Below the pieces are notes generated by a model, which made no database searches, was not told the origin of the DNA, and saw only the letters and a program-made list of their open reading frames with translations. Source: Candidatus Fraserbacteria bacterium (GTDB taxonomy: Bacteria; Bipolaricaulota; Bipolaricaulia; RBG-16-55-9; JAJCYT01). Taken from it: a stretch of DNA of 64,000 nucleotides. Location: contig JAJCYT010000035.1 of assembly GCA_029262795.1 (NCBI GenBank), positions 4,202 to 68,201 on the forward strand, given 5' to 3'. Made by a program: the position numbers and the translations under genes. Shown piece after piece: positions 8,608 through 19,020 of the stretch; within the stretch, counting starts at the first letter, position 1, and every line of letters begins with the position of its first letter.

Positions 8608-9824
8608 TCGATGCGACTGTTTCGCAAAGATTTGCTGAACAAGGCGACCAAAGCGATCAACAAGTACAGACCACCGCCCGACAAATAAATCCAACGAATC
8701 GAAATCTGATCTGCAAGGCTTGCAAAAATTAACCCCGACACCATAAATGACAAGCTGGCCAGCATGGCCCTGAGGGCATAAATGCGGCCCAGAATCTGAC
8801 CATCCACTTTGGTTTGCAGCAGCGTGTCCTGAGCCACATCTCGAATGGCAAAGGGAGGGCCAAATATAAAAGAGATCAACACAGCCCAAAAATTATTTAT
8901 GCTGATGGCATATAGTATGGTTAGGATGCCACTGATAACTGTGTTTGATATGATCGACCAGCCAGCCCATTTTCCTACCCATCGGGCAGCTGAAGCTGCC
9001 ACGATTGCGCCCACCAATTGACCGCCGTAAAACGCGCCATTTTGATATCCCCAATCGACAGAGCTGCCATTGAGGGCATTTTCCACAAACACCAACATCA
9101 GCGCCGAGGTCCAAATGCCATGTGGCACATGCTCGGCGGTTTCCATAATGACCAATGCGCGAGCAAGTGAATTTTTTCTGAGATAAGAAAAACTGATGCG
9201 GATGGACTTAAAGATGGGAACTTTTTCTGGTTTCGTTTGCCTGCCAGAGCCGCGCTCAAATTTCAACAAAAGTAATAATAGCCCTGCCAGCATAAAAAGC
9301 AGAAGCACAATCCAAACAAAATCCGTCAAAACTAAATAGGTTGTGAGAAACCCACCGACAATATACCCAAATGCCAATGCACCTTGATTGGTGGCAATGA
9401 TCATGCTGTTTGCTCGAACCAGCACGGTGCGTGGCACGAGGGCTGGAATGATGGCAACTCGGGCCGGATCATAAAAAATGTTGGTGGTGGACATGGCTGC
9501 CACCATGCCGTAAATGAACCACAATTGAATGCCCTCGTCCCCAATGCCAAAGAGCACCGAAACGACCAGAAGCGAGCGCATGATGTTGGAGCCAATCAAC
9601 ACATACTGACGAGGATAGCGATCCACCAACGCACCTGCGACTGGCCCGAACAACCATTGAGGCACCATAGTAGCAATCAGGACACCAGCGGTTTGCAGGG
9701 CCGAGCCTGTCAGAGTGAAGATAGTTACCATCAACCCGACGGTAAAAAATGTATCCCCAAGTTTGGCCAGCGTGTGAGACAACCACAGCCAGCCAAAATT
9801 TTTATGGGAGAAAAACAGCTTCAT
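8604..9824 (-). CDS. MFS transporter
   Basis: About 12 TM segments; motif A GALVDRYPRQ. Confidence 0.9.
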   Translation of the reverse strand: MKLFFSHKNFGWLWLSHTLAKLGDTFFTVGLMVTIFTLTGSALQTAGVLIATMVPQWLFGPVAGALVDRYPRQYVLIGSNIMRSLLVVSVLFGIGDEGIQLWFIYGMVAAMSTTNIFYDPARVAIIPALVPRTVLVRANSMIIATNQGALAFGYIVGGFLTTYLVLTDFVWIVLLLFMLAGLLLLLLKFERGSGRQTKPEKVPIFKSIRISFSYLRKNSLARALVIMETAEHVPHGIWTSALMLVFVENALNGSSVDWGYQNGAFYGGQLVGAIVAASAARWVGKWAGWSIISNTVISGILTILYAISINNFWAVLISFIFGPPFAIRDVAQDTLLQTKVDGQILGRIYALRAMLASLSFMVSGLIFASLADQISIRWIYLSGGGLYLLIALVALFSKSLRNSRID

Positions 9825-10672
9825 TCGGAATTGCCTTGATAAATGGTGCGATGTGGGAATGGAATTTCGATGCCTTCTTTATCAAATTCAATTTTAATGC
9901 GGCGGCGGAATTGGCGTGCCATTTCCCAACGCTTGTCGGGCTTGGTAGTGAGTCGGGTACGGATAATGACAGCGGAATCTGCTAAGTCTTGGACGCCCTG
10001 AATTTCCAGCGGTGCCAGCAAACATGGGCCGCATTCCTCATCAGCCAGCAGGTCTTCCCCGATGCGCTTGAGCACACCCATGACATGATCAACATCTTCC
10101 TTGTAAGCGATGCCGATATCAACCACGTTGTATGAGAACGTTTTTGTGTAGTTGGTGACCACTGAAATTTCTCCGTTAGGGATGATATGTACCCGGCCTT
10201 CATGATCTCGAATCACGGTGGTGCGCATGTTGACTTCTTCCACTTGGCCAGAAACACCTGCAACGGCAATGACATCGCCGACTCGGTATTGATTTTCCAG
10301 CAAGATGAAAAAACCGGAAAAATAGTCCTGAATCATCTTTTGTGCGGCAAATCCGATGGCGATCCCTGCAATCCCTGCCCCCGCTAGAATGGGGCCAATA
10401 TCGACCCCAAATTCCAGCAAAATCAGGATGAATGAAACTGAAAACACAATGATTCGGGACAAACGCCGAATCAGACGTGAGAGCGTGGTGGCGCGTTTGA
10501 TCAGCTCTTTTGAAGAATCCTGAGTGCGGGCACGTCTTTCAATGTATTTTTGAATGCCACGCGACGACAGACCAACGACCCAGATAATCAACACAGACAC
10601 CAAAAGTATGATGCCAATGTTCAATCCATGAGTAAGAAACCACAATTCAATCGTTGGCCAATCGAGATTCAT
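9821..10672 (-). CDS. Small-conductance mechanosensitive channel (MscS family)
   Basis: AGAGIAGIAIGFAAQ, ENQYRVGD, HIIPNG, IEIPFP. Confidence 0.92.
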   Translation of the reverse strand: MNLDWPTIELWFLTHGLNIGIILLVSVLIIWVVGLSSRGIQKYIERRARTQDSSKELIKRATTLSRLIRRLSRIIVFSVSFILILLEFGVDIGPILAGAGIAGIAIGFAAQKMIQDYFSGFFILLENQYRVGDVIAVAGVSGQVEEVNMRTTVIRDHEGRVHIIPNGEISVVTNYTKTFSYNVVDIGIAYKEDVDHVMGVLKRIGEDLLADEECGPCLLAPLEIQGVQDLADSAVIIRTRLTTKPDKRWEMARQFRRRIKIEFDKEGIEIPFPHRTIYQGNSE

Positions 10673-10689
10673 TTCAATATAAAATTGAG

Positions 10690-10983
10690 TTAGATATCCA
10701 AATGGTCGAAGTAACGAATACTGGGTGGTGCTGCGAGGTTTTCTGCAAACGTTGCAAGGGTTCCGTCTTCCTCACGCCATGCCACGTATTTTTGATGGTG
10801 TTCGACAGAATCCCAGATTTCATAAATGATGACGTTGGTCGGGTCTTCCTTATTGGAATATACGACCAGGCTTTGACAGCCTTCATAGGCTCTGGTGTCT
10901 GCCAGGTTTTCTTTTAGCCAGTTGTGAAAAGTTTCGACAGATTCGGGCTTTAGTTGAAGGTCGAGAATAGCAGTTGCGCTCAT
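10690..10983 (-). CDS. Antibiotic biosynthesis monooxygenase (ABM) family protein
   Basis: TRAYEGC, IYEIWDSVEHH; 97 aa. Confidence 0.85.
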   Translation of the reverse strand: MSATAILDLQLKPESVETFHNWLKENLADTRAYEGCQSLVVYSNKEDPTNVIIYEIWDSVEHHQKYVAWREEDGTLATFAENLAAPPSIRYFDHLDI

Positions 10984-11067
10984 GGGAAATCTCCTTTGGC
11001 TGACAAATGATCTGATGATGTGTGACAGGTTGATGCTACCAGAAATGAATTTGAAAACAAAAAATGA

Positions 11068-11556
11068 TTATTCAGCCACCCACTTGTACATCACATAGGC
11101 ATCGACATAACCTTCATTTGGATGATGAAATGCTTTAGGCAGCGTGCCCACAATCTTGAACCCCAGTTTTTGCCAGAGCCGCACAGCACCCTCATTGGTG
11201 GAGACCACTGAATTGAATTGCATGGCTTTAAAGCCAAGGTCAACTGCCACCTCTTGAGAGTGTTCACACATCTTCGTTGCAAGCCCCTTTCCTCTGGCCT
11301 GTGAAGCCACCATGTAGCCGCAGTTGCACACGTGGCTGCCTGGGCCACCTTGGTTGGGTTTAATGAAATAGCTTCCAAGGATGATATCATTTTCCTCCAC
11401 CACAAAAGTTTTTTGCGGCAAGCTCATCCACAGGTGAAACGCTTGTTCTTTGTCCAATTTAGGATCAAATCCATACGTTTCACCTGCGGACACAATGTGA
11501 TGAAAGATGGGCCAAATGGCCTCAAAGTCTTCAGTTTCTGCTTCTCTAATCTTCAT
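11068..11556 (-). CDS. GNAT N-acetyltransferase
   Basis: ARGKGLA acetyl-CoA motif; NEGAVRLWQKLGF. Confidence 0.9.
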   Translation of the reverse strand: MKIREAETEDFEAIWPIFHHIVSAGETYGFDPKLDKEQAFHLWMSLPQKTFVVEENDIILGSYFIKPNQGGPGSHVCNCGYMVASQARGKGLATKMCEHSQEVAVDLGFKAMQFNSVVSTNEGAVRLWQKLGFKIVGTLPKAFHHPNEGYVDAYVMYKWVAE

Positions 11557-11580
11557 TTATTGAATACGGATGATCCTCGT

Positions 11581-12435
11581 TTAGATGGATGATAAATCCA
11601 GTTGCCATCCATCACTAAGCATAAAGCTTAAACCGAGACCTGCCAATGTGCCCAAGAAGCCTGAGCCGAATGAGACACTCTGATCCACGTCTTCGCCAAA
11701 AATCATGACTGCCATTCCAAAACCAACGGCTGCGCCGATGACGCCACCCGTGTTAAGCAAGAACACGCGGCCACGGGGCATGGGGTTGTCAATGGTGTAA
11801 TAGGCTCCCGTAACTGCGCCCAGATCGGTGGCTGCCAACATGAGTGTAAAAAACTCCTGGGTGCTCATATCCAAATCCAGTGCGGCCACACCCATTAAGG
11901 TCAAGATGCCGGACCAGAATCCCGTAGAGTCCATCAAAGCCACATCGCCGGCTTGCGGCCTGAGTTGGTCCCAGAGATACACAGCAGCACCCAATCCGCC
12001 CAGTTGTGCGGCCATCATTGTGCCCGAGAACAGTTGTTCGTCGGTCCAATTATCGAAAATCATGTTGAGTGCAAAGCCATTCCAAAGACCCCAGGTGGTG
12101 CCGGAGTTGAGCATTAAGGTATGGCCCGAAGTAATGCCACCATCGGTGTTTAGAAGAGACACGGCCAACCCACCCAAGCCACCAGCCATCACAGAGCCTA
12201 CGGCCAATCGCTCATCATCACACTGGATCAAGCCGCAAAACTCTATGCCCAAAATCAGGCCGTGTATGGTTTGATACAACACCAATTCTGAACGTGCAAA
12301 ATTGTCGGATTTCTCAATACCAAAGCGATCTGTATTTAATAGGTCGGGAGATTCATCCTGTGCAGCTAGCAATGGGTTTGCCATCATGGTCAACATCATT
12401 AACAAACTTAAAGTGATCGAGATTATTTTGTTCAT
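11581..12435 (-). CDS. Gly-rich multi-pass membrane protein with signal peptide
   Basis: Repeated GxxxG hydrophobic helices. Confidence 0.7.
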   Translation of the reverse strand: MNKIISITLSLLMMLTMMANPLLAAQDESPDLLNTDRFGIEKSDNFARSELVLYQTIHGLILGIEFCGLIQCDDERLAVGSVMAGGLGGLAVSLLNTDGGITSGHTLMLNSGTTWGLWNGFALNMIFDNWTDEQLFSGTMMAAQLGGLGAAVYLWDQLRPQAGDVALMDSTGFWSGILTLMGVAALDLDMSTQEFFTLMLAATDLGAVTGAYYTIDNPMPRGRVFLLNTGGVIGAAVGFGMAVMIFGEDVDQSVSFGSGFLGTLAGLGLSFMLSDGWQLDLSSI

Positions 12436-12498
12436 CGCTGTCCTTTCAGATGTATTAAAATGATTTGAGTGCCAATAATCTCAGGATACAAATCAAAA

Positions 12499-12519
12499 TT
12501 ACATCAGGGTTACATCAAG
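12499..12519. promoter_or_regulatory. 11-bp-period direct repeat (possible OmpR/PhoB-type site)
   Basis: ttacatcagg-g-ttacatcaag between divergent genes. Confidence 0.35.
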
Positions 12520-12595
12520 GTAACGGACATTAAGTGTCAACCACAATGACACCCATCAAATCCTTTGTTAAAATCAAAATAATTCTCAGGGAGGG

Positions 12596-13066
12596 ATGAT
12601 GTCCAGAGTCGATTTATTTAAACAACAGTTTCAGATGATTTCTACAATCCTTACCGATGCAGCGAGCAACATTCCAGATGATAAAGCTGAATGGAATCCG
12701 GAAGGCAAAGGCCGCAGCGCCAAAGGCATTTTGGAGCACATGGCCGCCTCAAATTATGGATTTTCAAAGGTAATCGCTGGAGAAGAACTAAACCTCGCAA
12801 TAGACAAAAGCAATCGTAAAGATGTGGCCTTACCATCAAGTACTTACGAAAATGCCTTGAAACGGTATCGAAAGAGCATAGATGCTGTGGTCAAATCAAT
12901 GGAAGCCTTGCCGGACAAGCAACTGCTTGAGGAGCGCACTTTGCCTTGGGGCGATACCAGCAACACAGCCACGGCCATGAATATCGTCAGTTTTCATACC
13001 ATGTATCACGCAGGTCAACTGAACTACATGCAAACCCTGTGGGGCGATGATGAGGATCGGCTTTAG
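12596..13066 (+). CDS. DinB family protein
   Basis: ILEHMA ... HTMYHAGQL His triad. Confidence 0.85.
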   Translation: MMSRVDLFKQQFQMISTILTDAASNIPDDKAEWNPEGKGRSAKGILEHMAASNYGFSKVIAGEELNLAIDKSNRKDVALPSSTYENALKRYRKSIDAVVKSMEALPDKQLLEERTLPWGDTSNTATAMNIVSFHTMYHAGQLNYMQTLWGDDEDRL

Positions 13067-13362
13067 CGAGATTCTGGAGCGCGAAAAGTAAAGTAATAAG
13101 GAACAGAGACGAGGACAGAGAATATAAGGTGTGCAAAAAACCAGGGCCAACGTTTGTGACGAAAGCTGTGTATAAGCGTTTGAAGAAATAAAACGGCTAT
13201 GCGCACAGATGCTACGCTTACCAAGACGTCCATCATAGGTATTCGTGCGCTGCGCATGAATCCGAAAAAAAATAGCCCCAACATAATGAGTGCAACGTTT
13301 ACCGTCACATCTCGAATCAGGTAACTTGGTTCTTGTTCCTGCATGATTCTGGATTCAACCAT
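13063..13362 (-). CDS. Small membrane protein (probably leaderless)
   Basis: Three hydrophobic segments; TGnTATGAT 6 nt before ATG. Confidence 0.6.
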   Translation of the reverse strand: MVESRIMQEQEPSYLIRDVTVNVALIMLGLFFFGFMRSARIPMMDVLVSVASVRIAVLFLQTLIHSFRHKRWPWFFAHLIFSVLVSVPYYFTFRAPESR

Positions 13363-13777
13363 AGTTTAATCATAACAAGTTTGTTGTGTGACGCTAAGCT
13401 ATCATTTCTCTTGGAGGCCGATGAAAATCTTTTGGGCTGCGAAATTCAAAAAAATAAGCGATAGATGCAAAAAAATAAACTGACGAAATGCAGCGTTATC
13501 CAATTCCAACGTCGATGGCGAATGGCATGATAGAGTGTTTGACCAAACAACAATAACAATGTGAATTCCAGCAAAATGGATTGTTCAGCCTAGAAAATCA
13601 GCTCAATTTGGGTCTGTAACGGACATTCTTTCGCTATGATTAATAGAGGATAGAAAAAATTGAAAAATGCAGCCATTCTGGCGATGGAATGCTAGGCCCC
13701 GATCATTGTTTTCATTACATTCAGCATGCTTTGGCTTGATGTATAAATAAAAGGTGTAATCTTTAGGAGGTTATGAC

Positions 13778-15112
13778 ATGAAATCCAAGCTGATCGCATT
13801 GGCGGTCATCATTTTTGTGTTAGCGGGTTTCTCTACCTCGGCCCAGATTGATGACAACATTGCTCCTGTACAAATTTCGACAAGTGACGTCGTCTGTGCT
13901 GCACGCGGCGGATGTCAACCAGCCATGGCTGTTGATGACAACCTTATTTTTGTGGTGTGGCCAGAAAAAGATGGAGACAATCAAAATACGCTCTACTTTG
14001 CCACCTCAACAGATGAAGGCCAAACGTTTGCTTCACCCACTGCTATTCCGATCACAACCAGTCCAAACACGCGTCATCCAGCAGTCACAATTGCCGAAGA
14101 CGGCACTGTTTTGCTGACTTGGACAGATGATCGAACTGGCAATGACGAGGTGTTGATTACCGCTTCTAACGATGATGGCAGCACCTGGAAATGGGATGAC
14201 AATGGAGATTTCTTTAACCTTTCAAACAACGAAGGTGAATCTTTTGAACCCAGTGTGAGCGCCTCTCAGTTTGGGACCGTGATGATTGCCTGGTCCGACA
14301 ACACGATTGATGAGGATATTAACCCTGATGGAGGACGCAATATTTTCATTCGGGTTACCTTTAACCCTGGTCAGGCAGGCCAAAACGTATTGGACTTATT
14401 CTCAAGAGCCGACACATTAAATGTATCTAAGAGGTTCATTGCATCACTGGGATCCCCAGCAACGGCACCCCAAGTTGAATTTAGCCCGACAAGCACGCTT
14501 GACAATCCTGGATTGTTTTTGGTCTGGCAACAGGCAGTCACCAGTGATGAAGAAATTTTCTTTCATCAGCTTCAGGCCTTTACCCCGGTGATTGTTTCTG
14601 ATCCTGATGTGTCGTTCGAATCCCGAAACCCGACGTTTGCTGTAACGACTTTAGATCAAATGAGCAGTGTTCTGGAATTAACACAGGCGGTTATTGCCTG
14701 GGAGGAGCCAGCAGGTTCACGCTCTCGAATTATGTCGTCCGGTTCAACGGAAGTGAGTTTGCCATTTACACAACCAACATTCTCTGATCGGATTTTGGAG
14801 CTTTCGGATACGGACGAATTTGCCACCAATCCAGATATTACTGCCAACTCTGAAGGAGAATTCTTTATTGTTTGGCAATCGGACGATTTAGATTCAAGTG
14901 ATCCAACAGCGATTAGAATGCGATTCTTATCCAATGCTTTTAGCCCTGTAATCAACATTTCTGAACGTGACGGTGAAATTACGGGCGATGCCATGAATCC
15001 AGTCGTTGGCACAGACTTAAATAAGGTTTACGTGGCCTGGGTTGAAGAAAGCAATGTAGATGGATTTTCTGATATTTACTTTGCAGGCCGTTCAAGGCTG
15101 GATCCCTTTTAA
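13778..15112 (+). CDS. Secreted BNR/Asp-box beta-propeller protein (sialidase-like fold)
   Basis: Signal peptide; Asp-boxes STDEGQTF and SNDDGSTW; repeated VVW/IAW blades; SD aggagg. Confidence 0.75.
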   Translation: MKSKLIALAVIIFVLAGFSTSAQIDDNIAPVQISTSDVVCAARGGCQPAMAVDDNLIFVVWPEKDGDNQNTLYFATSTDEGQTFASPTAIPITTSPNTRHPAVTIAEDGTVLLTWTDDRTGNDEVLITASNDDGSTWKWDDNGDFFNLSNNEGESFEPSVSASQFGTVMIAWSDNTIDEDINPDGGRNIFIRVTFNPGQAGQNVLDLFSRADTLNVSKRFIASLGSPATAPQVEFSPTSTLDNPGLFLVWQQAVTSDEEIFFHQLQAFTPVIVSDPDVSFESRNPTFAVTTLDQMSSVLELTQAVIAWEEPAGSRSRIMSSGSTEVSLPFTQPTFSDRILELSDTDEFATNPDITANSEGEFFIVWQSDDLDSSDPTAIRMRFLSNAFSPVINISERDGEITGDAMNPVVGTDLNKVYVAWVEESNVDGFSDIYFAGRSRLDPF

Positions 15113-15176
15113 CGCTTAAGATTAAGTTGATCCACGACCATTCATTTGTGGTGGTCATTCGATATAGAAATTGAAA

Positions 15177-15217
15177 AACGCACCCATGGCAACCCTATAT
15201 GGGTGCGTTCCTTTTTT
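15177..15217 (+). terminator. Rho-independent terminator
   Basis: aacgcacccat...atgggtgcgtt followed by T-run. Confidence 0.75.
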
Positions 15218-15330
15218 AAAAAATCTCCACAAAAGTCTCACATCACACACATTTGCTCCTCACGTTGGTTGCCTACACTGCGAGCATGAACTTAAACAAA
15301 ACGCTTGTGAGCAGTGAAAGGAAACCAAAT

Positions 15331-16143
15331 ATGAAACACGCAAAGAAATTCATCCTCGTCGCTTTAGCCATCTTGATTGGTTGGGGTGCTGTGGGGGCCA
15401 CGGCACAAAGTGAGTTGTCTAATAATGAAATCTTGCAGACGATGGATTTGGCCCGCTTTGAAGCCTTCCGCCCAGAAGACATCCCTCCGGGTTTTAATCC
15501 CAGAACGGACAATTTGCCAACTGGATTGGTTTACACATTGGAAATTGAAGCGTTACGCCCCGATGGCAACTCTAAAGCCGTTGTTCAGGTGTCACAATTA
15601 AACTTTGCCACCGCACGCATTGATTATTTAGAGCCAGCGGAGCTGGCTGGCGATGTGTTTATTGCAAGCCGCTTTGAAGATTCCGTGGTGTTTTGGAACC
15701 CCGATTTGATTACGCCACTACAAATTAATGGTGCATTTGAAGTATTCGGTGATGCCACTGTTTGGGAAGTCATGGGCATTCCACTGGCCAGACTCTTTAG
15801 CATTGACGAATCCAGCGAAGTAACCTTGGAAGATGGCAGCACGGCACTGTCCTTTGACATGAGCAGTAATCGCCAAAGATTTCCATTTTCTCAAGCCACA
15901 GTCACGGCTGATCCTGAAACTTTGCAACCCATCACCCTGAACTTGTTTGATCAGGATGGCGACCCATTGCACGAAAACACTTTTTTGAGCTATACCATCT
16001 CTGAAGATGGTCGAGCGCACTACGAGCAACAGCTTTTGAATAACTTGGTCATCCCAGGCAATCAGACGTTGTTGACCATCATTGGAATTGATCATGTGGC
16101 TATGGATGAAAGTTTCTTTGACATAGAAAAATTAGGTGAATAA
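15331..16143 (+). CDS. Secreted LolA-like / outer-membrane lipoprotein-sorting protein
   Basis: Signal MKHAKK...; RIDYLEPAELAG, FGDAT and C-terminal DESFF pattern. Confidence 0.6.
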   Translation: MKHAKKFILVALAILIGWGAVGATAQSELSNNEILQTMDLARFEAFRPEDIPPGFNPRTDNLPTGLVYTLEIEALRPDGNSKAVVQVSQLNFATARIDYLEPAELAGDVFIASRFEDSVVFWNPDLITPLQINGAFEVFGDATVWEVMGIPLARLFSIDESSEVTLEDGSTALSFDMSSNRQRFPFSQATVTADPETLQPITLNLFDQDGDPLHENTFLSYTISEDGRAHYEQQLLNNLVIPGNQTLLTIIGIDHVAMDESFFDIEKLGE

Positions 16144-16180
16144 ATACCCTATCACCAATCTTAATTAGAAAACGTTATGA

Positions 16181-16215
16181 GAAAAGCCCACGCTCAATTT
16201 GAGCGTGGGCTTTTC
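16181..16215 (+). terminator. Rho-independent terminator
   Basis: gaaaagcccacgctca-att-tgagcgtgggcttttc. Confidence 0.8.
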
Positions 16216-16308
16216 CATTTGTCATGCCCAAGATGATTAACTTGCAATTGAGGTAGGGTTCCGTTTAGTCTGATAGAAAACCAAGGATGAATTCTCAGGG
16301 AGTTTGAG

Positions 16309-16731
16309 ATGTTTGGAAAACCATCTGCAAAAATTGAAGCAATTAAAACGGTTCCAATGTTTTCCAGCTTGGATAAGAAACATTTAGAATTGATCAGTAA
16401 GCAGTTCGATGAAGTCACACTGTCTTCAGGAAATGTGTTGGCTGAACAAGGAAAAATCGGTCAAGAATTTATCATTATATTAGAAGGTCAAGCCCGCGTG
16501 GAAAAAGATGGCAAGCAAATTAACACCTTGTTTGCAGGGTCTTTCTTTGGCGAGATAGCGTTGTTGGATCGCGGCCCTAGAACTGCTTCGGTTATTGCTG
16601 AAACAGATGTGGATTTATTGGTCCTCAGTGCGCAGTATTTTGATGATCTGCTTGATGAAATCCCTGAAATGTCTCGCGCGCTATTACGCTCTTTGAGCTT
16701 GTATATTCGCAATCTGCAAACCCCAACATAA
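16309..16731 (+). CDS. Stand-alone cyclic nucleotide-binding domain protein
   Basis: Phosphate-binding cassette FFGEIALLDRGPRTASV; no HTH. Confidence 0.9.
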   Translation: MFGKPSAKIEAIKTVPMFSSLDKKHLELISKQFDEVTLSSGNVLAEQGKIGQEFIIILEGQARVEKDGKQINTLFAGSFFGEIALLDRGPRTASVIAETDVDLLVLSAQYFDDLLDEIPEMSRALLRSLSLYIRNLQTPT

Positions 16732-16777
16732 AAGAGAATTTTGCTGTTGAGGGTGGAATGTTTTTTCATGAGTGACC

Positions 16778-17362
16778 ATGATCTCTCACAAACATCAATT
16801 TATATTTATCCACATCCCAAAAACCGGCGGTAGTTCTATCGAAAAGGCGCTATGGGATTCCTCGTGCGATTGGGTGTCTGATCAATGGGATGAACGAGTG
16901 TCTCATACGGCCTTAAATCACCTTACCCTCCAAGAAATGATTGATTATGAATTGATCGATGTGGAAACCGCTTGTGCTTACTTTAAGTTTTGTTTTGTGC
17001 GCAACCCCTGGGATCGCGCTGTGTCTGAGGTGTGTTATTTGTCTCAAATTTTTAGAGGAGATGAGATATCAGAAAAGCTCGAGTATCTTTTAAAGCTGGA
17101 AAAATATGGAAACCATATTCGGCCTCAATTGGATTTTATTGAAAATGAGCATGGCATTGAAGTGGATTTCGTTGGGCGCTTTGAGCATTTACAGAAAGAC
17201 TTTAATTGGATAAGCACTATTCTGGGGCTGCCACAGAAAATGTTGCCTCATATTGCAAAAACTGATCATCAATCTTACAAAGACTACTATAGCGATGTGC
17301 TTCGACAGCAAATGACAGACAAGTACCAGCAAGATATTTTACGTTTTGGTTATCAATTTTAG
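16778..17362 (+). CDS. Carbohydrate sulfotransferase (Sulfotransfer_2 family)
   Basis: FIHIPKTGGSSI, FVRNPWDRAVS, HIRPQ, DFVGRFE, DILRFGY. Confidence 0.9.
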   Translation: MISHKHQFIFIHIPKTGGSSIEKALWDSSCDWVSDQWDERVSHTALNHLTLQEMIDYELIDVETACAYFKFCFVRNPWDRAVSEVCYLSQIFRGDEISEKLEYLLKLEKYGNHIRPQLDFIENEHGIEVDFVGRFEHLQKDFNWISTILGLPQKMLPHIAKTDHQSYKDYYSDVLRQQMTDKYQQDILRFGYQF

Positions 17363-17389
17363 CAATTAGAAAATTTTCAAAGGATATTC

Positions 17390-18904
17390 ATGTCAAACCA
17401 TCTAGATCAAGCAGAGTTGAAGACCCCCAAACTAACCATAGGGATGGCTACTTTTGACGATTACGATGGTGTGTATTTCACGATTCAATCTATCCGTTTG
17501 CATCACCCAGAGGTGCGGGATCAAATAGCTTTCTTGGTTGTTGATAATAACCCTTCCGGTTCTGCTGCTGAAAATTTGATCGCGCTTGATTATTGGATAC
17601 CCAACTATCGCTATTTGCCATTTACTGAGGTGAATGGCACCGCTGCACCACGCGATTTAATTTTTCGGGAGGCAACAACGCCCTATGTGATGTGCATGGA
17701 CAGCCATATTTTGCTTGCCCCTGGGGCCATTGCCCGCCTCATCAACTATTTTGATCAACACCCTGATTGCAAAGATCTGCTTCAGGGGCCTATGTTTTAC
17801 GATGGGTTGCAAGATGTGGCCGATCACTTTCGGCCTGTGTGGTCGGAAGGGATGTACGGTCAATGGGGTGTGGACGAACGCAGTGCGGATCCTGAACATG
17901 CACCATTTGAAATTGAAATGCAGGGATTGGGTCTGTTTGCCTGTCGAAAAGATGCCTGGTTAGGATTCAATCCACGCTTTTTAGGCTTTGGTGGTGAAGA
18001 GGGTTATATCCACGAAAAATTTCGTCAGGCAGGACATCGTGCCCTTTGTTTGCCATTTTTGCGTTGGTTACATCGATTTGCCCGGCCCAAAGGCGTCCCT
18101 TATCGAAACACCTGGGAAGATCGATTGCGCAATTACCTGATTGGCCATCATGAACTCGGCTTGGACCCAGCGCCTGTGGAAGCACATTTTAAAGAGTTGA
18201 TGGCACCAGAAACCTTTGAGCATCAATTTCTTACAGTATTAAAAGAAATTAGCAACCCTTTCTTTTCGATTGATGCAATTTATTGCATCAATTTAGATCG
18301 CAAGACTGATCGCTGGGAACAGATGAAATACCGCTTAAAAAATTTGGGAATTTTTGATCGGGTTCGTCGATTTAGCGCAATAGAAACACCAGAAAACCAC
18401 CACGTTGGGTGTGCGTTGTCGCATCGTGCGATTATTGCCCAAGCGCAAAAATGCGGATACGAAACAGTTATGGTAATTGAAGATGATGCCATTTTTTTAG
18501 AAGACACACCCGTTCACTTAAAGCGCAGCCTTGATGAACTTGCAAGCCAAGACTGGTCTTTACTGCATTTAGGCGGCCATCGATGGGGAAATGAATTTGA
18601 AAAAGTAGAGGGGTGTCAATATTTGGAACACCCATACCCCGTGCTCACCACCACCGCTGCAATGATTTATCATCATTCGATCTTTCAGAAAATACTTGAT
18701 GATATTCCAGATAATCTGAACGACATGCCTGCGTGGGTAAATCATCATATTGCCATTGATCAATATTTCGTTCACTTGAAAAACAAATTTCTTACTGTGC
18801 CTGCAATGGTAACCCAGGCAGAATTAATATCCCAGGAGGATGAAGCTTATCAAACACAATTCAAAATTCAGCTGTTACTTGAGCAAAACAAGCTGCACAA
18901 GTAA
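17390..18904 (+). CDS. Two-domain glycosyltransferase: GT-A (GT2/GT27-like) plus GT25-like
   Basis: N-domain VVDNN, CMDSH, GLGLFA, FGGEE, LHRF; C-domain IYCINLDRKTDRW, GCALSH, IEDDA. Confidence 0.85.
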   Translation: MSNHLDQAELKTPKLTIGMATFDDYDGVYFTIQSIRLHHPEVRDQIAFLVVDNNPSGSAAENLIALDYWIPNYRYLPFTEVNGTAAPRDLIFREATTPYVMCMDSHILLAPGAIARLINYFDQHPDCKDLLQGPMFYDGLQDVADHFRPVWSEGMYGQWGVDERSADPEHAPFEIEMQGLGLFACRKDAWLGFNPRFLGFGGEEGYIHEKFRQAGHRALCLPFLRWLHRFARPKGVPYRNTWEDRLRNYLIGHHELGLDPAPVEAHFKELMAPETFEHQFLTVLKEISNPFFSIDAIYCINLDRKTDRWEQMKYRLKNLGIFDRVRRFSAIETPENHHVGCALSHRAIIAQAQKCGYETVMVIEDDAIFLEDTPVHLKRSLDELASQDWSLLHLGGHRWGNEFEKVEGCQYLEHPYPVLTTTAAMIYHHSIFQKILDDIPDNLNDMPAWVNHHIAIDQYFVHLKNKFLTVPAMVTQAELISQEDEAYQTQFKIQLLLEQNKLHK

Positions 18905-18924
18905 TCGCCGCATCTCTTGTGAAA

Positions 18925-18953
18925 TTGACAATTTTTTGAAGACTGGTTATGTT
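18925..18953 (+). promoter_or_regulatory. Sigma70-like promoter upstream of the RRE fusion gene
   Basis: TTGACA-17 bp-TATGTT. Confidence 0.55.
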
Positions 18954-19020
18954 TTGATGATGTGAGAGTTTTCCAATGGGTTGAAATTAATTCAAAACCA
19001 AGTGGGCTGTAAGGAGAGAA

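Noticed and set aside
13421-13483. 20-aa ORF MKIFWAAKFKKISDRCKKIN after GGAGG
   Set aside because: SD spacing is only 3 nt and there is no other support.
12520-13627. 12-bp direct repeat GTAACGGACATT at 12520 and 13616 as a target-site duplication
   Set aside because: No recombinase or transposase lies between the copies, and a 12-mer match can arise by chance in 64 kb.
13679-13725. ggcgatggaatg... resembling a fluoride riboswitch start
   Set aside because: Lacks the immediate CGCC pairing and the U(A/G)AUGAC element; the downstream gene is unrelated.
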